This document shows, in pieces, positions 54,596 to 63,717 of a stretch of 64,000 nt of DNA (position 1 is its first letter; the number at the start of each line of letters is the position of its first letter). The translations under genes were made by a program, and so were the position numbers. Source of the stretch: an uncultured virus (IMG/VR IMGVR_UViG_3300023184_000108) (lineage: Duplodnaviria; Heunggongvirae; Uroviricota; Caudoviricetes); the IMG/VR virus record IMGVR_UViG_3300023184_000108; one strand, 5' to 3'. The notes under the pieces were generated by a model. It saw nothing but the letters and a program-made list of their open reading frames with translations, ran no database searches and was not told the origin of the DNA.

Positions 54596-55518
54596 TGGCA
54601 TACACGTCCTCTACCGCTACGTTTAATCTTGACCTCAATGAACTTATTGAGGAAGCGTATGAGCGGGCGGGTTTAGAGGTTCGTACTGGCTATGAGTTTC
54701 GTACGGCACGGCGTTCGTTAAATTTGCTCACTATTGAGTGGTCAAACCGTGGCATCAACTTATGGACAGTAGAAGAAGGCGCGATTGCTCTTGCTACGGG
54801 GCAGGCGGTATATCCCATTCCAGAAGATACGATTGACTTGCTTGACCATGTCATCCGTCAAAACAATGGCACAGCAGCCACACAGACGGACATCAACATT
54901 TCTCGTATCTCAGAGCCTACCTATTCCACCATCCCCAACAAGCTCACTACTGGTCGTCCGATCCAAGTATGGGTCAACCGCCAAACTGCACAGACAAATG
55001 CAACATCTGTTACGTTGAATGGCACAATCACCAGTACAGCTACAACAATCGTAGTCAGTAGCGCATCAGGGTTAACCACTACAGGGTTTATTAAAATTGG
55101 CTCTGAGACCATTGGGTATACCAACGTGGATGGCAACAGCCTGATAAATTGCACCCGTGGACAGAATGGAACGACAGCAGCGGCACACACAACCGGCGCG
55201 GCAATCTATGTCCAGAACTTACCTTGTATCAATGTCTGGCCTACTCCCAACTCTGGCGGAGACTACACGTTTGTGTACTGGAGACTGCGTCGTCTCCAAG
55301 ATGCCGGTAATGGTGTAAATGTTCAAGATATACCTTTCCGTTTGATCCCTTGCATGGTGGCTGGCTTGGCGTTTTACATCGGGTCTAAGCGCCCTGATGT
55401 TTCGCCAGATCGTGTGGCGTTTTTAAAAGCTGAGTACGAACAACAATGGTTGCTGGCATCTCAAGAAGATCGAGAAAAAGCCCCAGACCGGTTCGTACCA
55501 AGGCAGTTGTTCTATTGA
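54595..55518 (+). CDS. Putative head-tail adaptor / tail tubular A-like protein with inserted beta domain
   Basis: IEEAYERAG, TARRSLNLL..EWSNRGINLWT, IPNK..GRP.Q, VWPTP, P.RLIPCMVAGLA. Confidence 0.65.
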   Translation: MAYTSSTATFNLDLNELIEEAYERAGLEVRTGYEFRTARRSLNLLTIEWSNRGINLWTVEEGAIALATGQAVYPIPEDTIDLLDHVIRQNNGTAATQTDINISRISEPTYSTIPNKLTTGRPIQVWVNRQTAQTNATSVTLNGTITSTATTIVVSSASGLTTTGFIKIGSETIGYTNVDGNSLINCTRGQNGTTAAAHTTGAAIYVQNLPCINVWPTPNSGGDYTFVYWRLRRLQDAGNGVNVQDIPFRLIPCMVAGLAFYIGSKRPDVSPDRVAFLKAEYEQQWLLASQEDREKAPDRFVPRQLFY

Positions 55519-55526
55519 GGTGAGCT

Positions 55527-55916
55527 ATGCCAAATAGATTTGCCTCAGGTAAGTATGCGATTGCAGAGTGCGATAGGTGTGGACAACGATACAAATTGCA
55601 GGAGTTGCGTAAGCAGGTTCTTAAGACTAAGATTTACTCAATCAAGGTTTGCGGATCTTGCTGGGATCCAGACCAACCGCAGCTTCAGCTAGGAATGTAT
55701 CCAGTCAATGACCCTCAGGCAGTGCGTGAGCCAAGACCGGATACAAGCTACCAAGTCTCAGGTGTACTTGCAGATGGCGAGAACGGGGGCGGTAGTCGTA
55801 TATTCCAGTGGGGCTGGACGCCGGTTGGCGGGGCGCAAGCAAACGATGCAGGTCTGACGCCAAATGTCTTGGCAATGGCTGTGCAAATTGGTACAGTAAC
55901 GGTAGCAACGACTTAA
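55527..55916 (+). CDS. Zn-ribbon-containing conserved protein
   Basis: ASGKYAIAECDRCG..VCGSCWDPDQPQL..DPQAVREPRPD. Confidence 0.65.
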   Translation: MPNRFASGKYAIAECDRCGQRYKLQELRKQVLKTKIYSIKVCGSCWDPDQPQLQLGMYPVNDPQAVREPRPDTSYQVSGVLADGENGGGSRIFQWGWTPVGGAQANDAGLTPNVLAMAVQIGTVTVATT

Positions 55917-55923
55917 GGAGTCA

Positions 55924-56127
55924 ATGATGGCAAAAATGGAATCAGGCAAAGCTGATATGGCTCAAGACAAAGCTCTTATTAAAAAAGCTTTCAAGCAGCA
56001 TGACATGCAAGAACACAAGGGCGGCAAGGGTACATCCTTGAAGCTTAAAAAAGGTGGCGTGACAAACGACATGTTGAAATCTATGGGACGTAACATGGCT
56101 CGCGTTGCAAATCAAAGGGGCAAATAA
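55924..56127 (+). CDS. Small basic protein
   Basis: DMAQDKALIKKAFKQHD..H, LKKGG, GRNMARVANQ. Confidence 0.65.
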   Translation: MMAKMESGKADMAQDKALIKKAFKQHDMQEHKGGKGTSLKLKKGGVTNDMLKSMGRNMARVANQRGK

Positions 56128-56411
56128 TGGCTAAGTTCAGCATGAAGCAAGGCGGCAAAGAAGTTGGTAACGCTGACATTTATGCCAAGCCTCACACCAT
56201 GAGTGGTGGCGAAGCGAAGTCGCAAAACGATGGTAGCTTTCGCCCTGACCCAAATACATTGGCTGCGGATAAAACCGTACCGGGCGGCAGCATACCTGCT
56301 CGACGTGTTTCACTTGGCGATCGTATTCGTGAGCCTAAGACAACTGGCATCAAAACTCGCGGTAATGGCGCGGCAACCAAAGGCGTAATGTCTAGAGGCC
56401 CGATGGCATGA
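56127..56411 (+). CDS. Small basic protein
   Basis: C-terminal KTTGIKTRG.GAATKG.MSRGPMA. Confidence 0.65.
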   Translation: MAKFSMKQGGKEVGNADIYAKPHTMSGGEAKSQNDGSFRPDPNTLAADKTVPGGSIPARRVSLGDRIREPKTTGIKTRGNGAATKGVMSRGPMA

Positions 56412-57337
56412 ACTACATCCAGCTTGTAACTGCGATTCAGGATTACACAGAGAATAGCTTTAACTATTCCACCGATCCTACGCCTATCAATACTTTTATT
56501 GAGCAGGCTGAGCAACGCATTTACAACACGATTCAGTTCCCATCTATACGCAAAAATGTCACAGGAACCACAACGTCCGGCAACAAGTACCTCTCTTGCC
56601 CAGATGATTTTCTCGCTGTGTATTCACTTGCTGTTGTTGATGCAACTGGCGCTTATGAGTATTTGCTGAACAAAGATGTGAACTTCATACGTCAGGCATA
56701 CCCAACTCCAACAGATACGGCAATTCCAAAATACTATGCGTTGTTTGGCCCATCGGTCAATGGAACAACAGTTTCAAATGAGTTGTCATTTATCCTTGGC
56801 CCGACCCCCGATGCTGGATACAGTGTTGAATTGCATTATTACTACTACCCAGATTCAATCGTGCAGGGTAAGCTTTCTTCTGTTGGCAGTATTGTGGTTG
56901 GCACTGGGTACGTAGATGGTACGTACTACAACGTCCCGCTGACTGGTGGGGATGGTAAGAATGCAACAGCCACTGTCGTTGTTTATGGCGGGTCAGTAAC
57001 AACTGTAACCATTGTAGATGGCGGTTCTTCTTATTACGTGGGCAACACCATAAGCGCAGCAAATACAAATCTTGGCGGTACAGGATCAGGATTCTCCGCA
57101 TCTGTCACGGCAGTTATAAATGCAGCAGGTCAGACATGGCTGGGCGATAACTTTGACACTGTTCTGTTGTACGGATCAATTATTGAGGCTTACACCTACA
57201 TGAAAGGTGAGCCAGACATTATGCTTGGGTACGATGCCAAATACAAAGAAGCACTTGCGTTGGCAAAACGTTTGGGTGATGGTATGGAGCGTCAAGATGC
57301 CTACCGGTCTGGACAGTACAGACAGGCGGTGACGTAA
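56408..57337 (+). CDS. Putative phage adaptor (head-tail connector) protein with inserted domain
   Basis: MNY..L..AIQDYTEN..FIEQAEQRI, P.YYA, GPTPD..Y.VELHY, TWLGDN..LLYG. Confidence 0.65.
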   Translation: MNYIQLVTAIQDYTENSFNYSTDPTPINTFIEQAEQRIYNTIQFPSIRKNVTGTTTSGNKYLSCPDDFLAVYSLAVVDATGAYEYLLNKDVNFIRQAYPTPTDTAIPKYYALFGPSVNGTTVSNELSFILGPTPDAGYSVELHYYYYPDSIVQGKLSSVGSIVVGTGYVDGTYYNVPLTGGDGKNATATVVVYGGSVTTVTIVDGGSSYYVGNTISAANTNLGGTGSGFSASVTAVINAAGQTWLGDNFDTVLLYGSIIEAYTYMKGEPDIMLGYDAKYKEALALAKRLGDGMERQDAYRSGQYRQAVT

Positions 57338-57762
57338 TGGCTTTTACTGGCAACTGGGCTTGCAACACATTCAAAACAGGCATGATGAACGGGACGTTCA
57401 ACTTTACGTCCGGCACGTTCTATATGGCTTTGTACACTAATGCAGCCACGCTTGATGCCACTACCACGGCTTATACGTCTACGGGCGAAGTTGTGGCTTC
57501 AGGGTACACGGCTGGTGGTCTTGCTCTCACAATTGCGCAGGTTCCGACTGTAGGCAACTCAGGTACAACGGCTTACATATCGTTTAACAACGCGGTATGG
57601 ACATCATCCTTGACTGCGCGGGGCGCATTGATTTATCAAACTACTACGGGTAACCCAGCAGTTTGTGTATTGGACTTTGGATCAGACAAAACATCGTCTA
57701 CAACATTCACAGTGCAATTCCCTGACCCTTCAAACACTTCAGCAATAATAAGGATCGCATAA
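57337..57762 (+). CDS. Virion / tail protein (paralog A)
   Basis: F.MALYT..ATL..TTAY..GEV..GYTAGG..ARGALIY..AVCVLDFG.DK. Confidence 0.65.
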   Translation: MAFTGNWACNTFKTGMMNGTFNFTSGTFYMALYTNAATLDATTTAYTSTGEVVASGYTAGGLALTIAQVPTVGNSGTTAYISFNNAVWTSSLTARGALIYQTTTGNPAVCVLDFGSDKTSSTTFTVQFPDPSNTSAIIRIA

Positions 57763-57956
57763 TGATAGTCACAACAACCAAAGGCGACATGGATGATTCC
57801 TTGCTTGAGAAGCGGGAAGGTAATGTTGACAACGACAACGAATACACCACATGGGTAGAGTATTGGCTGGATGGTGAGCTTGTTCACCGATCTGCGCATG
57901 TGACATTGAAGAAAATGCCCGTCTTTGCCAATGGTGAAGCGGCAGCTTTAGGTTAA
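57762..57956 (+). CDS. Small conserved hypothetical protein
   Basis: TTKGDMDDSLLEKREG..WVEYWLDGELVHRS. Confidence 0.65.
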   Translation: MIVTTTKGDMDDSLLEKREGNVDNDNEYTTWVEYWLDGELVHRSAHVTLKKMPVFANGEAAALG

Positions 57957-57965
57957 AGGAAAAAT

Positions 57966-58394
57966 GTGAAAACAACGCATAAATGCTCTGTATGCAAGGA
58001 AGAAAAATCCTTGTCTGAGTTTCCTATGCGCAAAACACATCGTCCGGGTAAACCGGTTTCTCAATGTACAAAATGTAGAGTCGCTTACAACAAAATTTAC
58101 AGAGAGAAAAACAAAGATAGAGTTCTTGAAATAGAACGAAAAAGCAAGTTAAAAATGGCGTATGGCATCACACTTGAGCAGTATGATGCTATGCTGACAA
58201 AACAAGATGGCAAATGCGCAATTTGTGCTGCAAAAAAACCCGGCGGCAGAACCAAAATGTTTTTTATAGACCATTGTCATAACAGCGGCAATGTCCGAGG
58301 GTTGCTTTGTATGCGCTGCAATACCGGACTTGGTTTGTTTTTGGACAACCCAAAGTTTCTTTTGAGCGCAGTTTCTTATCTCAAGGAGAACTAA
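57966..58394 (+). CDS. Endonuclease VII-family (HNH-like) nuclease, probable homing endonuclease
   Basis: C..C N-terminal finger; YGIT..Y..Q.GKCAIC..DHCH..G.VRGLLC..CN.GLG.F.DN. Confidence 0.85.
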   Translation: MKTTHKCSVCKEEKSLSEFPMRKTHRPGKPVSQCTKCRVAYNKIYREKNKDRVLEIERKSKLKMAYGITLEQYDAMLTKQDGKCAICAAKKPGGRTKMFFIDHCHNSGNVRGLLCMRCNTGLGLFLDNPKFLLSAVSYLKEN

Positions 58395-58395
58395 A

Positions 58396-58887
58396 GTGAG
58401 TAACACCCAATCAATGTGTACTTCTTTCATGAGTGAACTGATGCTGGGTCAGCACCAGCTTGGCACTTCAACTATTGTGTCTCGCGGCAGTTTGACATCC
58501 CCAACAACAGATACTGTCAAGGCGGCTTTGTATTTAGCATCGGCAACAGTCAATGCTGGAACTACTGCATATTCTGCAACCGGAGAAGTGTCTGGCGCAG
58601 GTTATTCAGCGGGTGGGGTAACGGTAACAAATGCCAATACTCCGACATCTACCAACTCAACAAGCACTGCTGGTGTAGCCTACTGGACACCATCAGCAAG
58701 TATCACATACACATCGGTAACGCTTGCAACTGCATTTGATTGCGTACTGGTCTACAACTCAACTCAAAGCAATAAGGCCATCAGTGTTCACACTTTTGGT
58801 TCTCAAACAATCACCGCAGGGACTTTTGTACTGACAATGCCATCAAACACAACGACAACTGCGCTGCTGCGCTTGTCAACAACCTAA
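58396..58887 (+). CDS. Virion / tail protein (paralog B)
   Basis: KAALY..T..TTAYS.TGEV.GAGYSAGG..LVYN..AISV..FG; similar to 57337-57762. Confidence 0.65.
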   Translation: MSNTQSMCTSFMSELMLGQHQLGTSTIVSRGSLTSPTTDTVKAALYLASATVNAGTTAYSATGEVSGAGYSAGGVTVTNANTPTSTNSTSTAGVAYWTPSASITYTSVTLATAFDCVLVYNSTQSNKAISVHTFGSQTITAGTFVLTMPSNTTTTALLRLSTT

Positions 58888-58912
58888 GCGGGGCGGCGTA
58901 AGCCGTTAAGAA

Positions 58913-59395
58913 ATGTTTGGCATTTCCCCGTTTTCTGGAGCGCCGTTTTCGTCACTTTCGGGGGTAACAATTCTTGTTGCCTTGACTGGAGTACAAGCGT
59001 CAGGAAATGTCGGAACTGTTGACTACCAAGAGCAGTGGCCTCAGACGGGGGATGTGGCGGTAGGTACTGTAGGCACTGTTGGCGTAGTCATATCAGTTGC
59101 TTTGTCGGGCGTGTCCAGTTCTGGTGATGTTGGCACGATGACACTGGGAGATAGAGAGTTTGCTTTAACGGGTGTTGGGTCTGTTGGGTCAGTGGCAAGC
59201 ACAAATGGTGGACAGTTCCTAACAGGAGTTTTGGCAAGTGGCGCGGTTGGTAATGTGATTGCTGTTTATTGGAAATTGATTGACGACAGTCAAACCGCAA
59301 ACTGGCAGAATATAACGGACACGCAGACGGCTGGGTGGGCGTTGATTCAGTCAGACGAACCAACCACATGGCAATTAATTGATACAACGCCGTAA
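58913..59395 (+). CDS. Tail fibre-associated protein
   Basis: MFGISPFSGAPFS start; repeated LTGV.A.G.VG; C-terminal W..I.D.QT repeats. Confidence 0.6.
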   Translation: MFGISPFSGAPFSSLSGVTILVALTGVQASGNVGTVDYQEQWPQTGDVAVGTVGTVGVVISVALSGVSSSGDVGTMTLGDREFALTGVGSVGSVASTNGGQFLTGVLASGAVGNVIAVYWKLIDDSQTANWQNITDTQTAGWALIQSDEPTTWQLIDTTP

Positions 59396-59404
59396 GGATA
59401 AAAG

Positions 59405-59866
59405 ATGGCTTCTCTAGTACTTGCAGATCGTGTAAAAGAGACTACCACTACGACTGGTACGGGAACAGTGACGCTTCTTGGAGCATCGACAGGTTATCAA
59501 TCTTTTGCAGCTATCGGCAACGCAAACATAACGTATTACACAATTTCTGGACAGCAAAGCTCTGAGTGGGAAGTTGGAATTGGTACGTACACCGCATCAG
59601 GTACAACCCTAAGTAGGGACACAATCCTTGCTTCCAGTAATTCTGGCTCGGCAGTTAACTTTAGCGCAGGCACAAAAGATGTATTTGTCTCCTACCCTGC
59701 TGGTAGATCGGTTGATGGTGGTCAAGGATATTTGCAAATGGCAAGCACTGTCACGGCAAGTTCAAGCATAAAAGATGGAAACAATGCTTTTAGCGTAGGC
59801 CCAATCACAATAAATTCAGGCGTTTCGGTGACTGTTCCCACCGGCTCCCTCTGGATTGTTCTTTGA
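59405..59866 (+). CDS. Tail fibre protein
   Basis: LADRVKETTTTTGTG..WEVGIGTY..LSRDTIL.SSN..FSAGTKDVF. Confidence 0.65.
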   Translation: MASLVLADRVKETTTTTGTGTVTLLGASTGYQSFAAIGNANITYYTISGQQSSEWEVGIGTYTASGTTLSRDTILASSNSGSAVNFSAGTKDVFVSYPAGRSVDGGQGYLQMASTVTASSSIKDGNNAFSVGPITINSGVSVTVPTGSLWIVL

Positions 59867-59898
59867 TAAACCAATAGAATGCGACAAGGAGTTTAAAC

Positions 59899-60498
59899 GT
59901 GCCATCCTCATATACCTCACTACTAGGGCTGGTTCTACCAGCAACCGGGGAACTCACTTCAACGTGGGGTACAACGGTCAATACTTCACTGACTCAGTTG
60001 GTGGAAGATTCTGTTGCCCAATACGCCACAGCCAGCGTTACATCAGGTGACTGGACTTTAACTACCACTGCTGGCGGGGTTTCCAACCAAGCTAGAAACG
60101 CTATTCTAATTGCCACTGGAGCGCCGGGAACTACTCGGTACATATATGCCCCAGCTCAGAGTAAGACGTATGTGGTTATTAACGACTGCTCAGACAGCAG
60201 TGTTGTCTATATTCGGGGCGGCACATCTAGTTCATACTCAACTGGAGTGGGCATTGCGGCTGGAAGCTCAGCCTTGGTTGCATGGGATTCATCAACAAGT
60301 GATTTTGTTACTGTGGCTGGTGGTGGTAACGGAGCTACAGGCGCAGGTGGCGATCAGATATTTATTCAGAATGGTCAGAACGTCACAACCAGCTATTCAA
60401 TTCCATCTGGCAAGAACGCTGGTACGTTTGGCCCAGTCACAATCAATTCAAGCGTCACGGTTACAGTTCCTACCGGATCTGTATGGACAATAGTTTAA
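59899..60498 (+). CDS. Tail fibre protein
   Basis: L.LPATGE..TWG.TVN N-terminus; C-terminal GP.TI..VTVPTGS.W motif. Confidence 0.65.
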   Translation: MPSSYTSLLGLVLPATGELTSTWGTTVNTSLTQLVEDSVAQYATASVTSGDWTLTTTAGGVSNQARNAILIATGAPGTTRYIYAPAQSKTYVVINDCSDSSVVYIRGGTSSSYSTGVGIAAGSSALVAWDSSTSDFVTVAGGGNGATGAGGDQIFIQNGQNVTTSYSIPSGKNAGTFGPVTINSSVTVTVPTGSVWTIV

Positions 60499-60507
60499 GG
60501 AGAACCC

Positions 60508-61371
60508 ATGAGTTCAGTACAAATCTCAGGTAGTGCAAGCGGGGCAGGTGTCCTGAATATCGCTGCGCCAACCACAGCTACGAATCGGACGTTGACGTTA
60601 CCTGATGCTACGGGAACTATTGCGTTGACCAGCAACATTGTGTCTAACCCCCAAATCCAACCCATCTCAGCTTCTGTTGCATCTAGTGCGTTAACTATTA
60701 CAGCATCTGCATTGACGTTAGACTTCCGCTCAACCACTTTGAGTAGCGGTACTGTTACGACTGTTACAGGTACTCCTGCTAATTTGGTTATCTCAAGTGG
60801 ATCAACGTTAGGAACGGTCAATGCAACAGCATCTAGGATTGTTGTTATAGCCCTAAACAACGCTGGAACAATTGAATTGGCGGCTGTCAATATTAGTGGC
60901 GGCAATCAGCTTGATGAAACAAACCTTATCACTACAACTGCTGAAGGCGGCGCAGGGGCGGCAGATAGCGCAAACGTAATCTACTCTACGACTGCTAGAA
61001 CATCGGTAGCGTATCGTGTAATTGGATACATAGAGTCTACTCAAGCAACCGCAGGAACATGGGCTACTGCACCATCGACTATTCAAGGTTATGGAGGTCA
61101 GGCTTTGAATGCAATGAGTAGCTTGGGATATGGTCAAACTTGGAGTTTACCAACCCGTTCCGGCGGAACAACGTACTACAACACAACAGGAAAGCCAATT
61201 CAGTGTTTTATAACTTCTAATCAAACTTCTACGCCAGTCGTTACTGTTAACGGCACAAACATAATTACAGGGCTGGGGAGTACCGCAACGTATGTTACAT
61301 ACGCTTTTATTGTTCCACCGGGTGGGTCGTACTCCATAAATACCTACAATATGTGGGCAGAACTTCGTTAA
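60508..61371 (+). CDS. Tail fibre protein
   Basis: RTLTLPDATGT; C-terminal LGYGQTW..R..TYYNTTGKPI..FIVPPG.SY..WAELR. Confidence 0.7.
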   Translation: MSSVQISGSASGAGVLNIAAPTTATNRTLTLPDATGTIALTSNIVSNPQIQPISASVASSALTITASALTLDFRSTTLSSGTVTTVTGTPANLVISSGSTLGTVNATASRIVVIALNNAGTIELAAVNISGGNQLDETNLITTTAEGGAGAADSANVIYSTTARTSVAYRVIGYIESTQATAGTWATAPSTIQGYGGQALNAMSSLGYGQTWSLPTRSGGTTYYNTTGKPIQCFITSNQTSTPVVTVNGTNIITGLGSTATYVTYAFIVPPGGSYSINTYNMWAELR

Positions 61372-61380
61372 GGATTAAAA

Positions 61381-61647
61381 ATGCACTACAAAGCTCCCGA
61401 CAACTCAGTTCACTTTCTTGATGACGATTCTTTTGCTCATCTACTTCCCGCTGGCTCAGTTCAAATCACGGATGAAGAAGCTGAGGCACTGCGCCCTGTG
61501 TACACACCAACCTACGCAGAAAAACGTGCCGCTGAGTATCCCTCAATGACTGATTACCTTGATGGTGTAGTCAAAGGCGATCAAGCCCAGATTGATAAAT
61601 ACATAGCTGACTGCTTGGCGGTCAAAGCTAAATACCCAAAGGTGTAA
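61381..61647 (+). CDS. Putative tail fibre assembly protein
   Basis: Y..KR..EYP..D.LD..VK.KYPK motif after a fibre gene. Confidence 0.6.
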   Translation: MHYKAPDNSVHFLDDDSFAHLLPAGSVQITDEEAEALRPVYTPTYAEKRAAEYPSMTDYLDGVVKGDQAQIDKYIADCLAVKAKYPKV

Positions 61648-61650
61648 ACC

Positions 61651-62478
61651 ATGACATTAAAAGCTGACGGTACAAACGGAATTATTCAACAGTACGACTA
61701 TCAAGTCTTAACGACTGCGTTTACCTACACATTTGCCGCTGGCACAACCGTATTGGTAATTAACCCCGCTGGTACTTTAGCTACCGGCACAATAACTTTC
61801 CCTGCTGCCCCAGTAGATGGAATGACTGTTACGTTTAGCTCGACTCAGACAATCACTGCGTTGACGTTGGCAGGTAACGGTAAAACAATTGTCAGTGCGG
61901 CAACTATATTGCCTGCCAATCAAGCCACAACATACGTCTACCGGCTGTCAAATACCTCTTGGTATCCAATGTCTACCGTGGCAACTAACGTGCCTGTAGC
62001 GCCTGCTGGCGGCAGCATCATTACATCTGGCACTGCGCAAGCCTCTACCAGTGGTACAAGCATTGACTTTACTTCTATCCCATCATGGGTTAAGCGGATT
62101 ACTGTGATGTTTAGCGGTGTTAGTACAAGTGGAACAAGTTCTATTATTATTAGGCTTGGCACTTCTAGTGGTGTTGAAGCTACAAATTATTTGGGTTCGG
62201 GATGGACAGCTAACACATCTAACACACTTAACTCTACAGGATTTTTAACTAGTGTTGATACAGCGGCAACAAGCATTTGGCATGGTTCTGCTATTTTAAG
62301 TTTAATTACAACAAATACTTTTGTAATGCAAAGTGTTATAAGTAGGTCTGATGCTGGAACATCAGCATTAGGAAGTGGTTCTAAATCCCTATCAGGCACT
62401 CTAGATAGAGTACGCATCACCACAGTTAACGGCACAGATACCTTTGACGCTGGTTCAATCAACATTCTTTACGAGTAA
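61651..62478 (+). CDS. Tail fibre / receptor-binding protein
   Basis: STSGTSIDFTSIPSWVKRITVMF..LDRVRITTVNGTDTFDAGSINILYE. Confidence 0.65.
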   Translation: MTLKADGTNGIIQQYDYQVLTTAFTYTFAAGTTVLVINPAGTLATGTITFPAAPVDGMTVTFSSTQTITALTLAGNGKTIVSAATILPANQATTYVYRLSNTSWYPMSTVATNVPVAPAGGSIITSGTAQASTSGTSIDFTSIPSWVKRITVMFSGVSTSGTSSIIIRLGTSSGVEATNYLGSGWTANTSNTLNSTGFLTSVDTAATSIWHGSAILSLITTNTFVMQSVISRSDAGTSALGSGSKSLSGTLDRVRITTVNGTDTFDAGSINILYE

Positions 62479-62483
62479 ACATC

Positions 62484-62879
62484 ATGGCAATCACACTCAA
62501 CGGAACAACCGGTATTACAACGACAGCCTTGACTTCAACGGGAGATGTCAGCGATAGCCTTGGCTTGGTTCGCTCTCTGCCTGTTAACTCACAGACTTCT
62601 GCTTACATTGTTGCGGCAACGGACAACGGCAGAACAATCTCCATCACCACTGGTGGTGTGACGATAAACAACTCAATCATGTCTTCGGGTATGGTTGTCT
62701 CAATCTACAACAACTCAGGATCTAGCCAAACAATTACGCAAGGTACAAGTGTGACTTTGCAATGGGCGGGGCAGACATCATCTTCAACAGGTAATAGAAC
62801 GCTTGGCCTTTATGGTCTTGCAACTATTGTGTTTTTATCTGCGTCAAGCGCAGTAATCACTGGATCAGGATTGACTTAA
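62484..62879 (+). CDS. Tail fibre tip protein
   Basis: ITLNGTTGIT; P.N.QT.AY..DNG; RTL..YG.AT; precedes gp38-like adhesin. Confidence 0.6.
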   Translation: MAITLNGTTGITTTALTSTGDVSDSLGLVRSLPVNSQTSAYIVAATDNGRTISITTGGVTINNSIMSSGMVVSIYNNSGSSQTITQGTSVTLQWAGQTSSSTGNRTLGLYGLATIVFLSASSAVITGSGLT

Positions 62880-62880
62880 C

Positions 62881-63717
62881 ATGACAATGATGTCCGTCTT
62901 AGTTGGGAGTGGGCCGGGCCGTAAGACTCTGTCCTATACGTATTCAGCGAACACTACTAACGCAAGTTTAGACGTAACTTCTATTTCCGGGTACTCCGCA
63001 GGTAAGTCTGACATCACAATTACTGTAAACAGCAGTGTATGGGTCTATGCAACTACCACGGCCAACGCTGGCTTGACATTGACTGGTGGTTCAACAGGCG
63101 ACACAATCACGCTTGTAAATAATGGTTTTATTGCTGGCATGGGTGGCAGTCAAGGCAGCGGCGGCGGCGCTGGGGGTGCTGGTGGAACAGCTCTTTCTCT
63201 TGGGTTTAATACAACTGTCGATAATACAAATGCCTCTGCTTATATAGGAGGAGGCGGAGGCGGCGGCGGTGATTTAGTTGGTGGTGGTGGCGCTGGCGGC
63301 GGCAGTAGTCAGGGGGCTAGTGGTGGGGCCGTAGGCGTTGCCGGTGGTGATGCTCCAAATACTTCTTACTCTTCTGGCGGTAAAGGCGGAGGTGCTGGCG
63401 GCGGCGGCGGCGGTAGTGGAACAATTTCAAAAGGTAATAGCGGCGTTGCTTGGGGTGGCGGCGGTGGCAGAATATTTCCCGGAACAGGTGGAGCAGGTGG
63501 CGTAAGTACCGGTGGCGGTAGCAACGGCGGCGCTGGTGGTTCTAGTAATGCTGGGGGTTCTTCAGGTTATGGCGGCGGAGGTGGAGGCTGGGGTGCATCT
63601 GCAGGCGCTAGTAGTAGTGGTAGTGCTGGCGCTGGTGGTAAAGCTGTTGCACTTAATGGAAAAAGTATTACATGGGTTAGTGGCAACACAACGAGAGTCT
63701 ACGGGAGTGTTTCATGA
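62881..63717 (+). CDS. Gly-rich receptor-recognition adhesin (T-even gp38-like)
   Basis: LVNNGFIAGMGG, GGAGGTAL, IGGGGGGGG, GGGGGWGA, GAGGKAV..YGSVS. Confidence 0.7.
   Translation: MTMMSVLVGSGPGRKTLSYTYSANTTNASLDVTSISGYSAGKSDITITVNSSVWVYATTTANAGLTLTGGSTGDTITLVNNGFIAGMGGSQGSGGGAGGAGGTALSLGFNTTVDNTNASAYIGGGGGGGGDLVGGGGAGGGSSQGASGGAVGVAGGDAPNTSYSSGGKGGGAGGGGGGSGTISKGNSGVAWGGGGGRIFPGTGGAGGVSTGGGSNGGAGGSSNAGGSSGYGGGGGGWGASAGASSSGSAGAGGKAVALNGKSITWVSGNTTRVYGSVS

Noticed and set aside
59405..63717. Diversity-generating retroelement acting on tail fibres
   Set aside because: No reverse transcriptase and no template/variable repeat pair differing at adenines was seen
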